32,000 nucleotides of DNA from Geotalea uraniireducens Rf4 (lineage in GTDB: Bacteria; Desulfobacterota; Desulfuromonadia; Geobacterales; Geobacteraceae). Position 1 is the first letter of the stretch. The number at the start of each line of letters is the position of its first letter. Below, in pieces: positions 15,574-25,551 of the stretch. The stretch is taken from NCBI RefSeq assembly GCF_000016745.1, contig NC_009483.1, positions 330,001-362,000 on the forward strand, in the 5' to 3' direction. Both the position numbers and the translations under genes were made by a program. The notes under the pieces are model-generated. The model did no database searches, was not told where the DNA came from, and saw nothing but the letters and a program-made list of their open reading frames with translations.

Positions 15574-16122
15574 TCACTTTGCTTTGACGGCGAGGGAATA
15601 CGTTGCCTCCCGTTTGTGAATGGCCCCTTCGCGGCTGAGGGTGCTGGAGTAGAGGTGGAACGCGTCGACGGGAAATGAGGGGGTTATGAACTCCCGGTGT
15701 TTTTCTTCAAAGGCGACGACCCTCGTTTCCTGTATATCCTTCATTCGGGCGATGGTGATATGCGGCGAAAATCGCCGCTCTTCCGGCGCAATGCCGGTAT
15801 TTATCAACGCCAGCTCCACATGTCTTTGCAGTTCGAGCAGTTCCTCGTTCGTCTCCATCCCCACCCAAAGCACCCTGGCGTGTTTGCCCGGCGGGAAATG
15901 GCCGATACCCGTCAGCGCCAGACGGAGCGGCCTGCCGGTAACATTGGCAAGGACATCCTTGATCTGAGCGAACAGCTGGTCATCCACTTCACCGATGAAG
16001 CGTAGCGTCAGATGGATTTGTTCCGCCGCAACCCAGTGTGCGCCAGGCAAATCGCTACGCATGTCTGCCACCGCTTTCTTTATTTCATCCGGTAAATCGA
16101 TTGCCACAAACAGTCTGTACAT
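15574..16122 (-). CDS. thpR: RNA 2',3'-cyclic phosphodiesterase (2H phosphoesterase, ThpR/LigT)
   Basis: Two HxTx motifs (HLTLRFIGE and HITIARM) and the N-terminus MYRLFVAIDLP. The ATG at 16122 is preceded by AGGAGG, which overlaps the stop of the upstream gene. Confidence 0.85.
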   Translation of the reverse strand: MYRLFVAIDLPDEIKKAVADMRSDLPGAHWVAAEQIHLTLRFIGEVDDQLFAQIKDVLANVTGRPLRLALTGIGHFPPGKHARVLWVGMETNEELLELQRHVELALINTGIAPEERRFSPHITIARMKDIQETRVVAFEEKHREFITPSFPVDAFHLYSSTLSREGAIHKREATYSLAVKAK

Positions 16123-16132
16123 ATGGTGCCTC

Positions 16133-17179
16133 CTATCTGCGCGCAAGACTTTCCCTGTCCCGCGTCAAATCGACCAGATAACGGCCGTGGTCGTCGACAA
16201 TAACGGTTCCCATCTCCTTTGACATTGTGTTGAGCCGGTTGATGACCTCCTGACCTTTTTCCCCGGTCAACAGTCTCGGCTGAAAGCTAACCTCGCTGTT
16301 GAGGACATTGAGCGGGATCAGCTCCACTTCCTTCACGCCGTCATCCAGGGTGATCCTGGCAATAACGCTCCGGTCCGAGCTGCTGAGGCTGCCAAATGCG
16401 TAATTGCCCAGGCTGTAGAAGATGACGGAGCCCTTGTAGCGCTCAATACCCTGCAATACGTGGGGGTGGTGGCCCAGGACCAGGTCGGCTCCAGCATCTA
16501 CGGCCCGGTGCGCTGCTGCTACCTGGTAGCTTTTCGTCATCGCGGCTTTTTCCGTCCCCCAGTGAAAAGAGACTACCACATAATCGGCGACAGCCCTTGC
16601 CCTGGCAATGTCCTCCTGGTAATAAGGCCGAAAGCCGGGGGCGGTGCCGGCCCGCTTGTCTCCGGCGTAGAACTCTTCAGGATAGGTAAGGGAATAGGCG
16701 AGGAAAGCGATTTTACCGCCGTTACAGGTGACAAGAGCTTCGCGACGCGCCGTGGCCAGTGTCTCACCGGCGCCGCTGTGTTGAATGCCTTGTTGGTCAA
16801 GGTTGTAGATGGTTTCCCTGAGTCCATCGCTGCCAAAGTCCAGCATGTGGTTGTTGGCCAGGGTGAGGATGGAAAACCCTGCCCGTTTCAGCGCCGTTGC
16901 TGCTCGGGGATCGGTCTTGAAACGAAATTTTTTGTTCTTGAATTCCGTTCCGTTCAGAGCAAGCGGCGCTTCCAGATTGCCGACGGCGATATCGCCGTTT
17001 TTCAGAGCTGATACTGTTGCGGCAAAGGGATAGTCGTAGCCCAGGCGGGCAAATGAGGCACTCGCCTTGCCCGCCAGCATTATGTCCCCTACCGCGTTGA
17101 CGACAATTTTGCCGGCAAAGGCGGAAGAAGTGTGGCAAAGCGTGGATAACAGGAACAATAGAAACAGCAAAGCGGGCAT
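16133..17179 (-). CDS. CapA family (PGA_cap metallophosphatase-like) protein with a signal peptide
   Basis: Signal peptide MPALLFLLFLLSTLCHTSSAFA. VNAVGDIMLAG, LANNHMLDFG, VSFHWGTE and LGHHPHVLQG are CapA/metallophosphoesterase motifs. Confidence 0.85.
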   Translation of the reverse strand: MPALLFLLFLLSTLCHTSSAFAGKIVVNAVGDIMLAGKASASFARLGYDYPFAATVSALKNGDIAVGNLEAPLALNGTEFKNKKFRFKTDPRAATALKRAGFSILTLANNHMLDFGSDGLRETIYNLDQQGIQHSGAGETLATARREALVTCNGGKIAFLAYSLTYPEEFYAGDKRAGTAPGFRPYYQEDIARARAVADYVVVSFHWGTEKAAMTKSYQVAAAHRAVDAGADLVLGHHPHVLQGIERYKGSVIFYSLGNYAFGSLSSSDRSVIARITLDDGVKEVELIPLNVLNSEVSFQPRLLTGEKGQEVINRLNTMSKEMGTVIVDDHGRYLVDLTRDRESLARR

Positions 17180-17219
17180 GGAGTCTCCGATTATTAATCG
17201 ATGGTTTTGTATAAAAATA

Positions 17220-17248
17220 TTGACTAAATTCCGGGCAAGTGCTAGAAA
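17220..17248 (+). promoter_or_regulatory. Candidate sigma-70 promoter for serS
   Basis: TTGACT (17220-17225), 17 nt, TGcTAGAAA (extended -10 type). Pattern match only. Confidence 0.3.
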
Positions 17249-17274
17249 ATATAGCTTCGTTTATCCAATTGTAA

Positions 17275-18555
<1,281 letters not shown>

Positions 18556-18559
18556 CTTT

Positions 18560-18645
18560 GGAGGAATGGCCGAGTGGTTGAAGGCGGCGGTCTTGAAAAC
18601 CGTTGAACGAAAGTTCCGTGGGTTCGAATCCTACTTCCTCCGCCA
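18560..18645 (+). tRNA. tRNA-Ser (anticodon UGA)
   Basis: Hand-folded cloverleaf: acceptor GGAGGAA/TTCCTCC, anticodon stem GCGGT/ACCGT with loop CTTGAAA, long variable arm GAAC-GAAA-GTTC, T-arm GTGGG-TTCGAAT-CCTAC, encoded CCA. Confidence 0.95.
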
Positions 18646-18653
18646 AAAAGCCT

Positions 18654-18711
18654 GTTCTAGGTTCTAGGTTCAAGGTTTTAAACGTAGAACATAGAACGTG
18701 GAACGTAGAAC
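18654..18711. repeat. Inverted arrays of a GTTCTAG-type heptamer in the tRNA-Ser spacer
   Basis: Three forward units (GTTCTAG GTTCTAG GTTCAAG, 18654-18674) face four reverse units (GTAGAAC ATAGAAC GTGGAAC GTAGAAC, 18684-18711). Together they can fold into an imperfect hairpin. Confidence 0.7.
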
Positions 18712-18721
18712 TTGATGTTAC

Positions 18722-18814
18722 GGAGAGATGGCCGAGTAGGTCGAAGGCGCTCGCCTGCTAAGCGAGTATACTGGGAAACCGGTATCGAGGGTTCGAATCC
18801 CTCTCTCTCCGCCA
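18722..18814 (+). tRNA. tRNA-Ser (anticodon GCU)
   Basis: Acceptor GGAGAGA/TCTCTCC, anticodon stem CTCGC/GCGAG with loop CTGCTAA, long variable arm, T-arm GAGGG-TTCGAAT-CCCTC, encoded CCA. Confidence 0.95.
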
Positions 18815-18864
18815 TTAACTGGACTAGTCGTAACGTTTAACGCAGAATCAACGAGGAGGAGCGT

Positions 18865-19350
18865 GTGAAGCGAGTGATGAAATTGTTGGTTTTCACTCTG
18901 CTGGCTATGGTTGCTGTGGCCGGTTGCACAAAAAAAGAGGAAAAGCAAGCCGTCGAATCTGCTGCACCTAAGGGCCAGGTAACCAAAAAAGAGGCGAAGG
19001 TCGTTGTTCCCGATAGCGTTAAGGGTAAGTGGAAGGCTGTTAAAATTGCCGTCACTGATAAGAACACTAAAAAAGATACGGTTTACACCGTGAATATTGG
19101 TTCGGAGTTGGCCCTTCCCAATAGCAATCTGACGATCAAGGTGGAGAACTTTCTGCCCCATTTCATGATGGAAGGGACTACATTGACTTCCCAGTCAAAT
19201 GAGCCGAAGAACCCCGCAGCCCAGGTACGGGTCATTGAGAACGGCAAAGAGATATTCAAGGGTTGGCTGTTCACTCTTTATCCGACCACCCATGCTTTTC
19301 AGCACCCCAGATATGGTTTTACACTGGTTGACTTCGTACCAGCCGGTTAG
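18865..19350 (+). CDS. Lipoprotein, DUF2155-like
   Basis: Lipobox signal MKLLVFTLLAMVAVAGC. The C-terminal IFKGWLFTLYPTTHAFQHPRYGFTLVDF resembles the DUF2155 signature as I remember it. The SD AGGAGGA lies before the GTG at 18865. Confidence 0.7.
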   Translation: MKRVMKLLVFTLLAMVAVAGCTKKEEKQAVESAAPKGQVTKKEAKVVVPDSVKGKWKAVKIAVTDKNTKKDTVYTVNIGSELALPNSNLTIKVENFLPHFMMEGTTLTSQSNEPKNPAAQVRVIENGKEIFKGWLFTLYPTTHAFQHPRYGFTLVDFVPAG

Positions 19351-19355
19351 TTTAT

Positions 19356-19432
19356 GCGCTCGTAGCTCAGCTGGATAGAGCAACGGACTACGAATCCGTA
19401 GGTCGGGAGTTCGAATCTCTCCGAGCGCGCCA
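19356..19432 (+). tRNA. tRNA-Arg (anticodon ACG)
   Basis: Acceptor GCGCTCG/CGAGCGC, D-arm GCTC-AGCTGGATA-GAGC, anticodon stem ACGGA/TCCGT with loop CTACGAA, T-arm GGGAG-TTCGAAT-CTCTC, encoded CCA. Confidence 0.95.
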
Positions 19433-19441
19433 TCTTAAAAG

Positions 19442-19476
19442 GGGCTACAAGTTTTATGCTTGTGGCCCTTTTTCTT
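19442..19476 (+). terminator. Rho-independent terminator after tRNA-Arg(ACG)
   Basis: GGGCTACAAG-TTTTATG-CTTGTGGCCC followed by TTTTTCTT. Confidence 0.7.
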
Positions 19477-19503
19477 GTAGTATATATGTTGACGGTGAAT
19501 CCT

Positions 19504-19580
19504 GCGCCCGTAGCTCAGCTGGATAGAGTACCTGGCTTCGAACCAGGGTGTCGGCAGTTCGAATCTGTCCGGGCGCGCCA
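19504..19580 (+). tRNA. tRNA-Arg (anticodon UCG)
   Basis: Acceptor GCGCCCG/CGGGCGC, anticodon stem CCTGG/CCAGG with loop CTTCGAA, T-arm GGCAG-TTCGAAT-CTGTC, encoded CCA. Confidence 0.95.
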
Positions 19581-19587
19581 AAATAGA

Positions 19588-19618
19588 AAGGGTTGGCAAA
19601 ATTTGCCAACCCTTTTTC
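19588..19618 (+). terminator. Rho-independent terminator after tRNA-Arg(UCG)
   Basis: AAAGGGTTGGCAAA-A-TTTGCCAACCCTTT followed by TTCT. Confidence 0.75.
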
Positions 19619-19796
19619 TGTCGATTGAATTAAGCTGAACAGTGGTATTATTTTGTTTGCGAACTGAATCGCATCGTGTGTCCGTTCAATTTATCTTTTG
19701 GTGTTATGCCGTTGAAAGTGGAAATCCATTGAATCCATCGGTTAAAGGCTAGTCAGGATAGCATGACTACTTGCCCGGATGCCGGCGGTGGACTTT

Positions 19797-19988
19797 CTAT
19801 CCTTCCTTTTTTGCTGCATCGTCCTTGCGCGCTTTAATCTCGATCTCATCCTTTCCCTCTGATGCTTTTTTGAAATTCCTGATACTCTTGCCCAGTGCGT
19901 TCCCAATCTCCGGCAATTTCCCCGCCCCAAAAACCACCATAACGATTACGAGTATGACAATAAGCTCCGGCATGCCGAATCCAAACAT
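19797..19988 (-). CDS. tatA: Twin-arginine translocase subunit TatA/E
   Basis: [42 protein letters not shown] is the canonical TatA TM plus amphipathic helix. GGAGG lies 5 nt before the ATG at 19988. Confidence 0.9.
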   Translation of the reverse strand: MFGFGMPELIVILVIVMVVFGAGKLPEIGNALGKSIRNFKKASEGKDEIEIKARKDDAAKKEG

Positions 19989-20303
19989 AGTTGCCTCCAC
20001 ATGATATTTACAAATTTGGTTATTAGTATTACATCGGAAAAGTAAAAAATCAAGAAATTAAGAAAATCCAAGTGTGTAAAAAATGCGAATAAATTAATAA
20101 GTTGCACATGAATGGGGAGATAAGTATATTATGCAAGTTAAAATATATTACGATTAGCGCTGGTGGGCATCTTTACCCTGGCGCTTTGTCGTATCAGTAT
20201 CAGTTGCAGTTGCAATGGATGTTTATGAGGAGTTCCGGAGTTCATCGCATTGACAGTTGTCGAGAAGCACTATTGGTTTCAGTGGCGGGACTAGGGGGCG
20301 TTC

Positions 20304-20759
20304 GTGAGCAGAAAGATTCTACTGGTAGAAGACAATCTCGATGATGAGGCTTTGACTTTGCGGGCACTGCAAAAGATTGATCTTGCGTATGATGTGGTCG
20401 TGGCACATGATGGCGTGGAGGCGCTTGATTTCGCTTTTGGTACAGGACCTTTTGCGGAGAGGGAGATGCATAGCAAGCCACGGCTTATTCTCCTTGATCT
20501 GAAGTTGCCCAAAATCGACGGCCTCGAAGTGTTGCGATCTCTTCGTTCTAACAATGAGACAAAATCCATTCCGGTTATTATATTTACCTCTTCGAGCGAG
20601 GAGCAGGACATCCTCGACAGCTATTATCTGGGTGCCAACAGCTATGTCCGTAAACCGGTTGATTTCAACCAGTTTTGCGAAGCATTGCGACAGATCGGCT
20701 TGTACTGGCTCACTTTGAACCAACTCCCGCCATTGCACAAAGGCCTTTGCGCTTCATGA
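20304..20759 (+). CDS. Single-domain response regulator (receiver only)
   Basis: KILLVEDNLDDE...ILLDLKLPKIDGLEVL...IPVIIFTSS...GANSYVRKP carries all the receiver signature residues. The SD AGGGGG lies before the GTG at 20304. No kinase gene is adjacent. Confidence 0.85.
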   Translation: MSRKILLVEDNLDDEALTLRALQKIDLAYDVVVAHDGVEALDFAFGTGPFAEREMHSKPRLILLDLKLPKIDGLEVLRSLRSNNETKSIPVIIFTSSSEEQDILDSYYLGANSYVRKPVDFNQFCEALRQIGLYWLTLNQLPPLHKGLCAS

Positions 20760-20842
20760 TTGCCTGCCGGACAGCGGTTCTCTGAGCATTTTGATCTGCA
20801 GAACCGGCTGCAAACAGCAAGGGATCGTGGTACTATCCTTAC

Positions 20843-22837
20843 ATGGACAAATTCAAGCTTAACAGCGATTATCAGCCGCGCGGCGACCAGCCGCAGGCCA
20901 TAGGTGAGCTTTCCGAAGGGGTCGAACGGGGTGACCGTGACCAGGTGCTACTGGGCGTAACCGGCTCCGGCAAGACCTTCACCATGGCGAACGTCATCGC
21001 CCGAGTCAACCGGCCGGCACTGATCCTCGCCCCGAACAAGACCCTTGCTGCCCAGCTCTATGGCGAATTCAAGGAACTTTTTCCTCAAAACGCCGTGGAG
21101 TTCTTTGTTTCCTACTACGACTATTACCAGCCGGAAGCCTATCTCCCCACAACGGACACCTTTATTGAAAAAGACTCGTCGATCAACGATGAAATCGACA
21201 AGATGCGCCATTCAGCCACCCGTAGCCTGCTTACACGCAGCGATGTCATCATCGTTGCCTCGGTATCATGCATTTACGGGATTGGTTCGCCTGCAGCCTA
21301 TCAGGAGATGCACATATTCTTCCATCAGGGGGACAATGTGGGGCGGGATGAGCTCCTGAAAAGGCTCGTGGAAACACAGTATGAAAGAAACGATATCGAT
21401 TTTCACCGCGGCACTTTCCGGGTGCGTGGCGACATTGTCGAGATATTTCCGGCACACGATGACGAGAGGGCGCTCAGGATCGAGTTTTTCGGTGATACGG
21501 TGGATGCTATTTCGGAGATCGATCCGCTCCGTGGGCAGGTTATACAGAAGCTCTCCAAATGCGCCATCTACCCGGCGTCCCACTATGTGGCCAATAAGGA
21601 AACCCTGGAAAGGGCCATAGAGCAGATCCGCCTGGAACTGGAGGAGCGGATTCGCTGGTTCCGGGAGCGAAACATGCTGATCGAGGCCCAGCGCATCGAG
21701 CAGCGTACTTTCTTTGATATAGAAATGATGGAAGAGATGGGATTCTGCCAGGGGATTGAGAATTATTCCCGCCATTTCGACGGGCGTTCCGCTGGCGAGC
21801 CACCTTATACCTTATTGGATTACTTTCCGAAGGATTACCTCCTGTTCGTCGATGAATCCCACATCACCGTGTCTCAGGTGGGTGGGATGTATCGCGGCGA
21901 TCGGAGCCGTAAAGAAACCCTGGTCAATTACGGCTTCCGCCTTCCGTCGGCCCTCGACAACCGCCCCCTCAATTTTCAGGAATTTACCGAGAAGCTGAAC
22001 CAGGTGGTGTACGTCTCTGCCACCCCGGCTGAGTATGAACTGAATATAGCGGGCGGTGTGGTGGTGGAGCAGGTGATCCGTCCCACGGGCCTCATCGATC
22101 CTGAGATCGAGGTCCGTCCCGCCTCTGGGCAGGTGGATGATCTCCTTCACGAGGTCCGCCTCACCGTGACGAAGGGTGAGCGGGTGCTTGTCACCACCCT
22201 CACCAAACGGATGGCCGAAGACCTGACCGATTACTACCGGGAGCTGGGAGTACGGGTAAAATACCTCCATTCGGATATCGACACCATTCAGCGCATGCAG
22301 ATCATCCGCGACTTGAGGCTCGGTGAGTTCGATGTGCTGGTGGGGATCAACCTGTTGCGGGAGGGATTGGATATTCCCGAAGTGTCGTTGGTAGCCATTC
22401 TTGACGCGGATAAGGAAGGGTTCCTCCGCTCAGAGCGTTCCCTGATCCAGACCTGCGGCCGGGCCGCGCGTAACCTGGCGGGGCGGGTCATCATGTATGC
22501 CGACAGCGTCACCAGATCCATGCAGGCCTGCATGGATGAAACGTCAAGGCGCCGCAAAATCCAGAGCGAATACAACCGGAAGCATCACATCACTCCGCAG
22601 AGCATAAAGAAAGAGGTCCGCACCATACTCGAATCCGTCGAAGAGCACGATTACTATACCGTGCCGCTGGCAGCAGAGAGCATGGAAGAGTATGCGGCGG
22701 TGAAGGACATACCGAAACTGGTGAAAAAACTGCGGAAGGAGATGCTTGCTGCCGCCAAGCAGCTCGATTTCGAAAAGGCGGCGGGATTGCGCGACAGAAT
22801 TAAAAAGCTGGAGGAACAGGATCTGGCTTTGAAATAA
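20843..22837 (+). CDS. uvrB: Excinuclease ABC subunit B
   Basis: [17 protein letters not shown], Walker [13 protein letters not shown] box (VDESHITV), the helicase C motifs and a C-terminal UVR domain ([17 protein letters not shown]). Confidence 0.97.
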   Translation: MDKFKLNSDYQPRGDQPQAIGELSEGVERGDRDQVLLGVTGSGKTFTMANVIARVNRPALILAPNKTLAAQLYGEFKELFPQNAVEFFVSYYDYYQPEAYLPTTDTFIEKDSSINDEIDKMRHSATRSLLTRSDVIIVASVSCIYGIGSPAAYQEMHIFFHQGDNVGRDELLKRLVETQYERNDIDFHRGTFRVRGDIVEIFPAHDDERALRIEFFGDTVDAISEIDPLRGQVIQKLSKCAIYPASHYVANKETLERAIEQIRLELEERIRWFRERNMLIEAQRIEQRTFFDIEMMEEMGFCQGIENYSRHFDGRSAGEPPYTLLDYFPKDYLLFVDESHITVSQVGGMYRGDRSRKETLVNYGFRLPSALDNRPLNFQEFTEKLNQVVYVSATPAEYELNIAGGVVVEQVIRPTGLIDPEIEVRPASGQVDDLLHEVRLTVTKGERVLVTTLTKRMAEDLTDYYRELGVRVKYLHSDIDTIQRMQIIRDLRLGEFDVLVGINLLREGLDIPEVSLVAILDADKEGFLRSERSLIQTCGRAARNLAGRVIMYADSVTRSMQACMDETSRRRKIQSEYNRKHHITPQSIKKEVRTILESVEEHDYYTVPLAAESMEEYAAVKDIPKLVKKLRKEMLAAAKQLDFEKAAGLRDRIKKLEEQDLALK

Positions 22838-22858
22838 AGGTTCGGCATTACAGGCTGA

Positions 22859-24223
22859 TCAGGCAGACTCACCTGTTTGCTTCTTTCCTCTTTTGCGTCG
22901 GCGTCGCTTATGTCTGCGCGGAGGTTCTTCAGACCGTTCTTCTGGTTGGGCCAGATGTGGTTCTTGTAGAAAACGTTCCCACCAGGCTACGATCTTACCC
23001 TGTTCGTCGCTCACGTCACAGACGAAGCGCAGATAATCCAACGCATCACGGAAACCGGCTCTGCCGGCGAAAGTTTCGGCATGTCGCCCCGGTATCTTCT
23101 GGAAGCGATGCTGGCTCGCCAGTATGTCGCGGATCAGTATTCCCAATTTGTTGGGGACGAGCACCGTTGGGGCCAGCTCTCCCATGAATTCGGCAACCGC
23201 CATGTTTACCGCCTGTTGCGGCGGTGCCCCGGCTTGCCTGAACCACGTTGCTTTTTCCTGGAGGTACTGGCCGAACATGAGGGCCAGGAGCAGCTGGGGA
23301 GAAACCTTATCCCCGGCCTGGATGCGGCTGTCAACCAGGTCAAGGGCCCGGCTGATCCAGGTGTGGGGAACCCCGTCGCTTTCCCGGGCGAGCCAGTCGT
23401 TGAAATGGGGAAAGAGGGCGGCAAAGAGCCCGCTCTGCCGCAGGAGCTGGTAGGTCTTCTCTCCTGCTCCCATGAGGAAAAGCTTCAAGACTTCTTCGTA
23501 GAGCCGCGGCGGCGCCGCCTTGGTGATCGTGGCGCTCAGGTCGAGGATCGTCTGCCAGGTCGCCTTCTCGACTTCAAAGCCTAGCATGGCGGCAAAGCGC
23601 ACGGCGCGAATCATGCGCACCGGGTCCTCGGTGAACCGCACCAACGGATCGCCGATGGTGCGGACGACACCGCGGTTCAGGTCTTCCATTCCCCCGACGT
23701 AATCTATGATGGAGAAATCGTCAATATTGTAACAGAGCGCGTTGACGGTGAAGTCGCGGCGAATGGCATCCTCTTCCGGGGTGCCGAAGATGTTGTCCCG
23801 CAACACCATGCCGTCTTCACTTTTGAGCAGGCGAGGAGGGCGCATTCTGGCTCCCGGCTCAGTGATTTCTCCGGGAGCAGGTCCCTGCTCCTCTGCGCAC
23901 GGTTCATCCTGCGATGCAGAGCGGAATGTTGCTACCTCTATGATCTCGTCATGGAAATGCAGGTGGGCGAGCCGGAAGCGGCGGCCGATCAGCCGGCAGT
24001 TGCGGAACATCCTTTTGATCTGGCCCGGGGTGGCGTCGGTGACGATATCGAAGTCCTTGGGTTCCCTGCCTAGTAACAGATCGCGCACACCACCACCGAC
24101 CAGGTAGGCGGTAAAGCCGTTGTCCTTGAGCCGATAAAGCACTTTCACGGCGTTTGGGCTCAGCCAGCGGCGCGAGATGGGGTGGTTGGCACGTGGGATT
24201 ATCAAAGGTTTGGCCGTTTTCAT
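22859..24223 (-). CDS. pcnB: Polynucleotide adenylyltransferase (poly(A) polymerase I)
   Basis: AVKVLYRLKDNGFTAYLVGGGVRDLLLGREPKDFDIVTDA, FGTPEEDAIRRDFTVNAL and a basic C-terminal tail (RRHKRRRRKRGKK). Confidence 0.9.
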   Translation of the reverse strand: MKTAKPLIIPRANHPISRRWLSPNAVKVLYRLKDNGFTAYLVGGGVRDLLLGREPKDFDIVTDATPGQIKRMFRNCRLIGRRFRLAHLHFHDEIIEVATFRSASQDEPCAEEQGPAPGEITEPGARMRPPRLLKSEDGMVLRDNIFGTPEEDAIRRDFTVNALCYNIDDFSIIDYVGGMEDLNRGVVRTIGDPLVRFTEDPVRMIRAVRFAAMLGFEVEKATWQTILDLSATITKAAPPRLYEEVLKLFLMGAGEKTYQLLRQSGLFAALFPHFNDWLARESDGVPHTWISRALDLVDSRIQAGDKVSPQLLLALMFGQYLQEKATWFRQAGAPPQQAVNMAVAEFMGELAPTVLVPNKLGILIRDILASQHRFQKIPGRHAETFAGRAGFRDALDYLRFVCDVSDEQGKIVAWWERFLQEPHLAQPEERSEEPPRRHKRRRRKRGKKQTGESA

Positions 24224-24290
24224 AGGTTATTACCCTATCACATCTGCAGGATAAAGGCAAAGCGACAGAGTGTGAGGCAATCCATACTTT

Positions 24291-24304
24291 TTGACTTTTG
24301 TCAT
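24291..24304. promoter_or_regulatory. CRP/FNR-type palindrome upstream of the ygbA-like gene
   Basis: TTGAC-TTTT-GTCAT (TGAC-N4-GTCA arms perfect), about 40 nt upstream of the ATG at 24339. Confidence 0.3.
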
Positions 24305-24338
24305 GTCCCGGGCAGGAAATATCAGCTAGGATGCAGCC

Positions 24339-24698
24339 ATGGAACAATTTACCGGAAAACAGACAAAGGATCTGAAGGTGCTGATAAGCTTCGTGCAGAT
24401 ATTCTGCCGGTCAAAGCACGGAAAAGAGGTGGCCAGGACAGCAGTCGGGCTTCCCGGGGAACTCAGGTCGCGGTTCATGAAAGATGTATGCCTCTGTGGA
24501 GAGTGTGCTGCGCTTGTGGACTATGCCCTGGAGAAACGGCGCAAATGTCCGCTCGACCCGAAACCGTCCTGCAAGCATTGCCAGATTCATTGCTACAGCA
24601 AGGGATACCGGGGGAAAATCCGTCAAGTCATGGCTTTTTCAGGCAAACGCCTGATCCTTCGGGGGAGGCTGGACTTGTTGTGGCACTATTTCTTCTAG
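24339..24698 (+). CDS. Nitrous oxide-stimulated promoter (YgbA-like) family protein
   Basis: LKVLISFVQIFCRSKHG...LCGECAALVDYALEKRRKCPLDPKPSCKHCQIHCY...IRQVMAFSGKR is the Cys-rich pattern of the YgbA_NO family. Confidence 0.8.
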   Translation: MEQFTGKQTKDLKVLISFVQIFCRSKHGKEVARTAVGLPGELRSRFMKDVCLCGECAALVDYALEKRRKCPLDPKPSCKHCQIHCYSKGYRGKIRQVMAFSGKRLILRGRLDLLWHYFF

Positions 24699-24769
24699 TG
24701 CCGTTTATGGTGCTTCACTAACTTTGGATATTGCGAATAACCGGAAATATAAATGCAAGGAGAGTAGAA

Positions 24770-25495
24770 ATGATCAGAAAAATCGTCCAGATCGACCAGG
24801 AAAAATGTGATGGTTGCGGTCTCTGTGTCCCCTCGTGTGCCGAAGGGGCAATAAAAATCGTCAACGGCAAGGCGGAGTTGTCCGCCGATAACCTGTGCGA
24901 CGGGCTGGGAGCGTGCCTCGGTGAATGTCCGCAGAACGCCATCAATATAATTGAGCGCGAGGCGGACGAATTTGACGAGACAGCTGTAGAGACGCACTTG
25001 CAGGAGAGCCGGCAGGAAACGGTCGCGGCAGTGCAGCATCATGCGAATCACGGCGGTTGCCCCGGCTCCAGTGCCATGTCCTTTGCGTCGCCGCAACGAA
25101 GTTTGAATGATGAAATACCGGCAAACCACCAGAGTCAGCTCGGTCAGTGGCCGGTACAGTTGAGCCTTGTGCCGACCAGTGCCCCTTATTTTCAGAATGC
25201 CGACCTGCTGATCACCGCTGATTGCGTCCCGTTCGCCTATGCTGATTATCACCGGGATTTCCTGGCGGGAAAGGCGGTGGTCATCGGTTGTCCGAAACTT
25301 GACGATAATCGGTTCTACACGGAAAAACTGACGGAACTGTTTCGCGTATCCTCCATCAAGAGCATAACGGTGCTGCGCATGGAAGTCCCCTGTTGCGGCG
25401 GAATAGTCATGGCTGCCCGCCAGGCCCTGGCTGCCGGCGGCAAGGATATTCCGTTCAGGGAGGTTACCATCGGCATTCGCGGGGAAGTATTTTAG
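24770..25495 (+). CDS. 4Fe-4S dicluster ferredoxin-domain protein with a conserved C-terminal Cys-containing domain
   Basis: CDGCGLCVPSCAEGAI and CDGLGACLGECPQNAI are two ferredoxin-type cluster motifs. The C-terminal ADCVPFAYADY...VIGCPKLDD...MEVPCCGG follows. The SD AAGGAGA lies before the ATG at 24770. Confidence 0.8.
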   Translation: MIRKIVQIDQEKCDGCGLCVPSCAEGAIKIVNGKAELSADNLCDGLGACLGECPQNAINIIEREADEFDETAVETHLQESRQETVAAVQHHANHGGCPGSSAMSFASPQRSLNDEIPANHQSQLGQWPVQLSLVPTSAPYFQNADLLITADCVPFAYADYHRDFLAGKAVVIGCPKLDDNRFYTEKLTELFRVSSIKSITVLRMEVPCCGGIVMAARQALAAGGKDIPFREVTIGIRGEVF

Positions 25496-25529
25496 AAAGA
25501 AACGTAAAAATTTGACAACAAGATAAAAA

Positions 25530-25544
25530 GGATAATATTTATCT
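25530..25544. promoter_or_regulatory. Fur-family (PerR/Fur-like) 7-1-7 box upstream of the peroxiredoxin gene
   Basis: gGATAAT-A-TTTATCt has one mismatch to the tGATAATnATTATCa core. Another GATAA lies at 25522-25526. Confidence 0.35.
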
Positions 25545-25551
25545 TTTTTGA

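Noticed and set aside
18560-19580. The tRNA cluster (Ser, Ser, Arg, Arg) with an embedded, more AT-rich lipoprotein gene, considered as a possible genomic-island integration site.
   Set aside because: There is no integrase, excisionase or phage gene, and I could find no duplicated tRNA 3'-end (att-like direct repeat) within the window.
20102-20344. ORF 20102..20344 (+) in the AT-rich intergenic region.
   Set aside because: It has no RBS, runs through hairpin and repeat sequence into the receiver gene in another frame, and its translation has no recognisable features.
20760-20842. A LexA (SOS) box upstream of uvrB.
   Set aside because: There is no match to the Geobacter-type GGTT-N2-C-N4-G-N3-ACC box or to the CTGT-N8-ACAG box. 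Only a longer imperfect inverted repeat is present.
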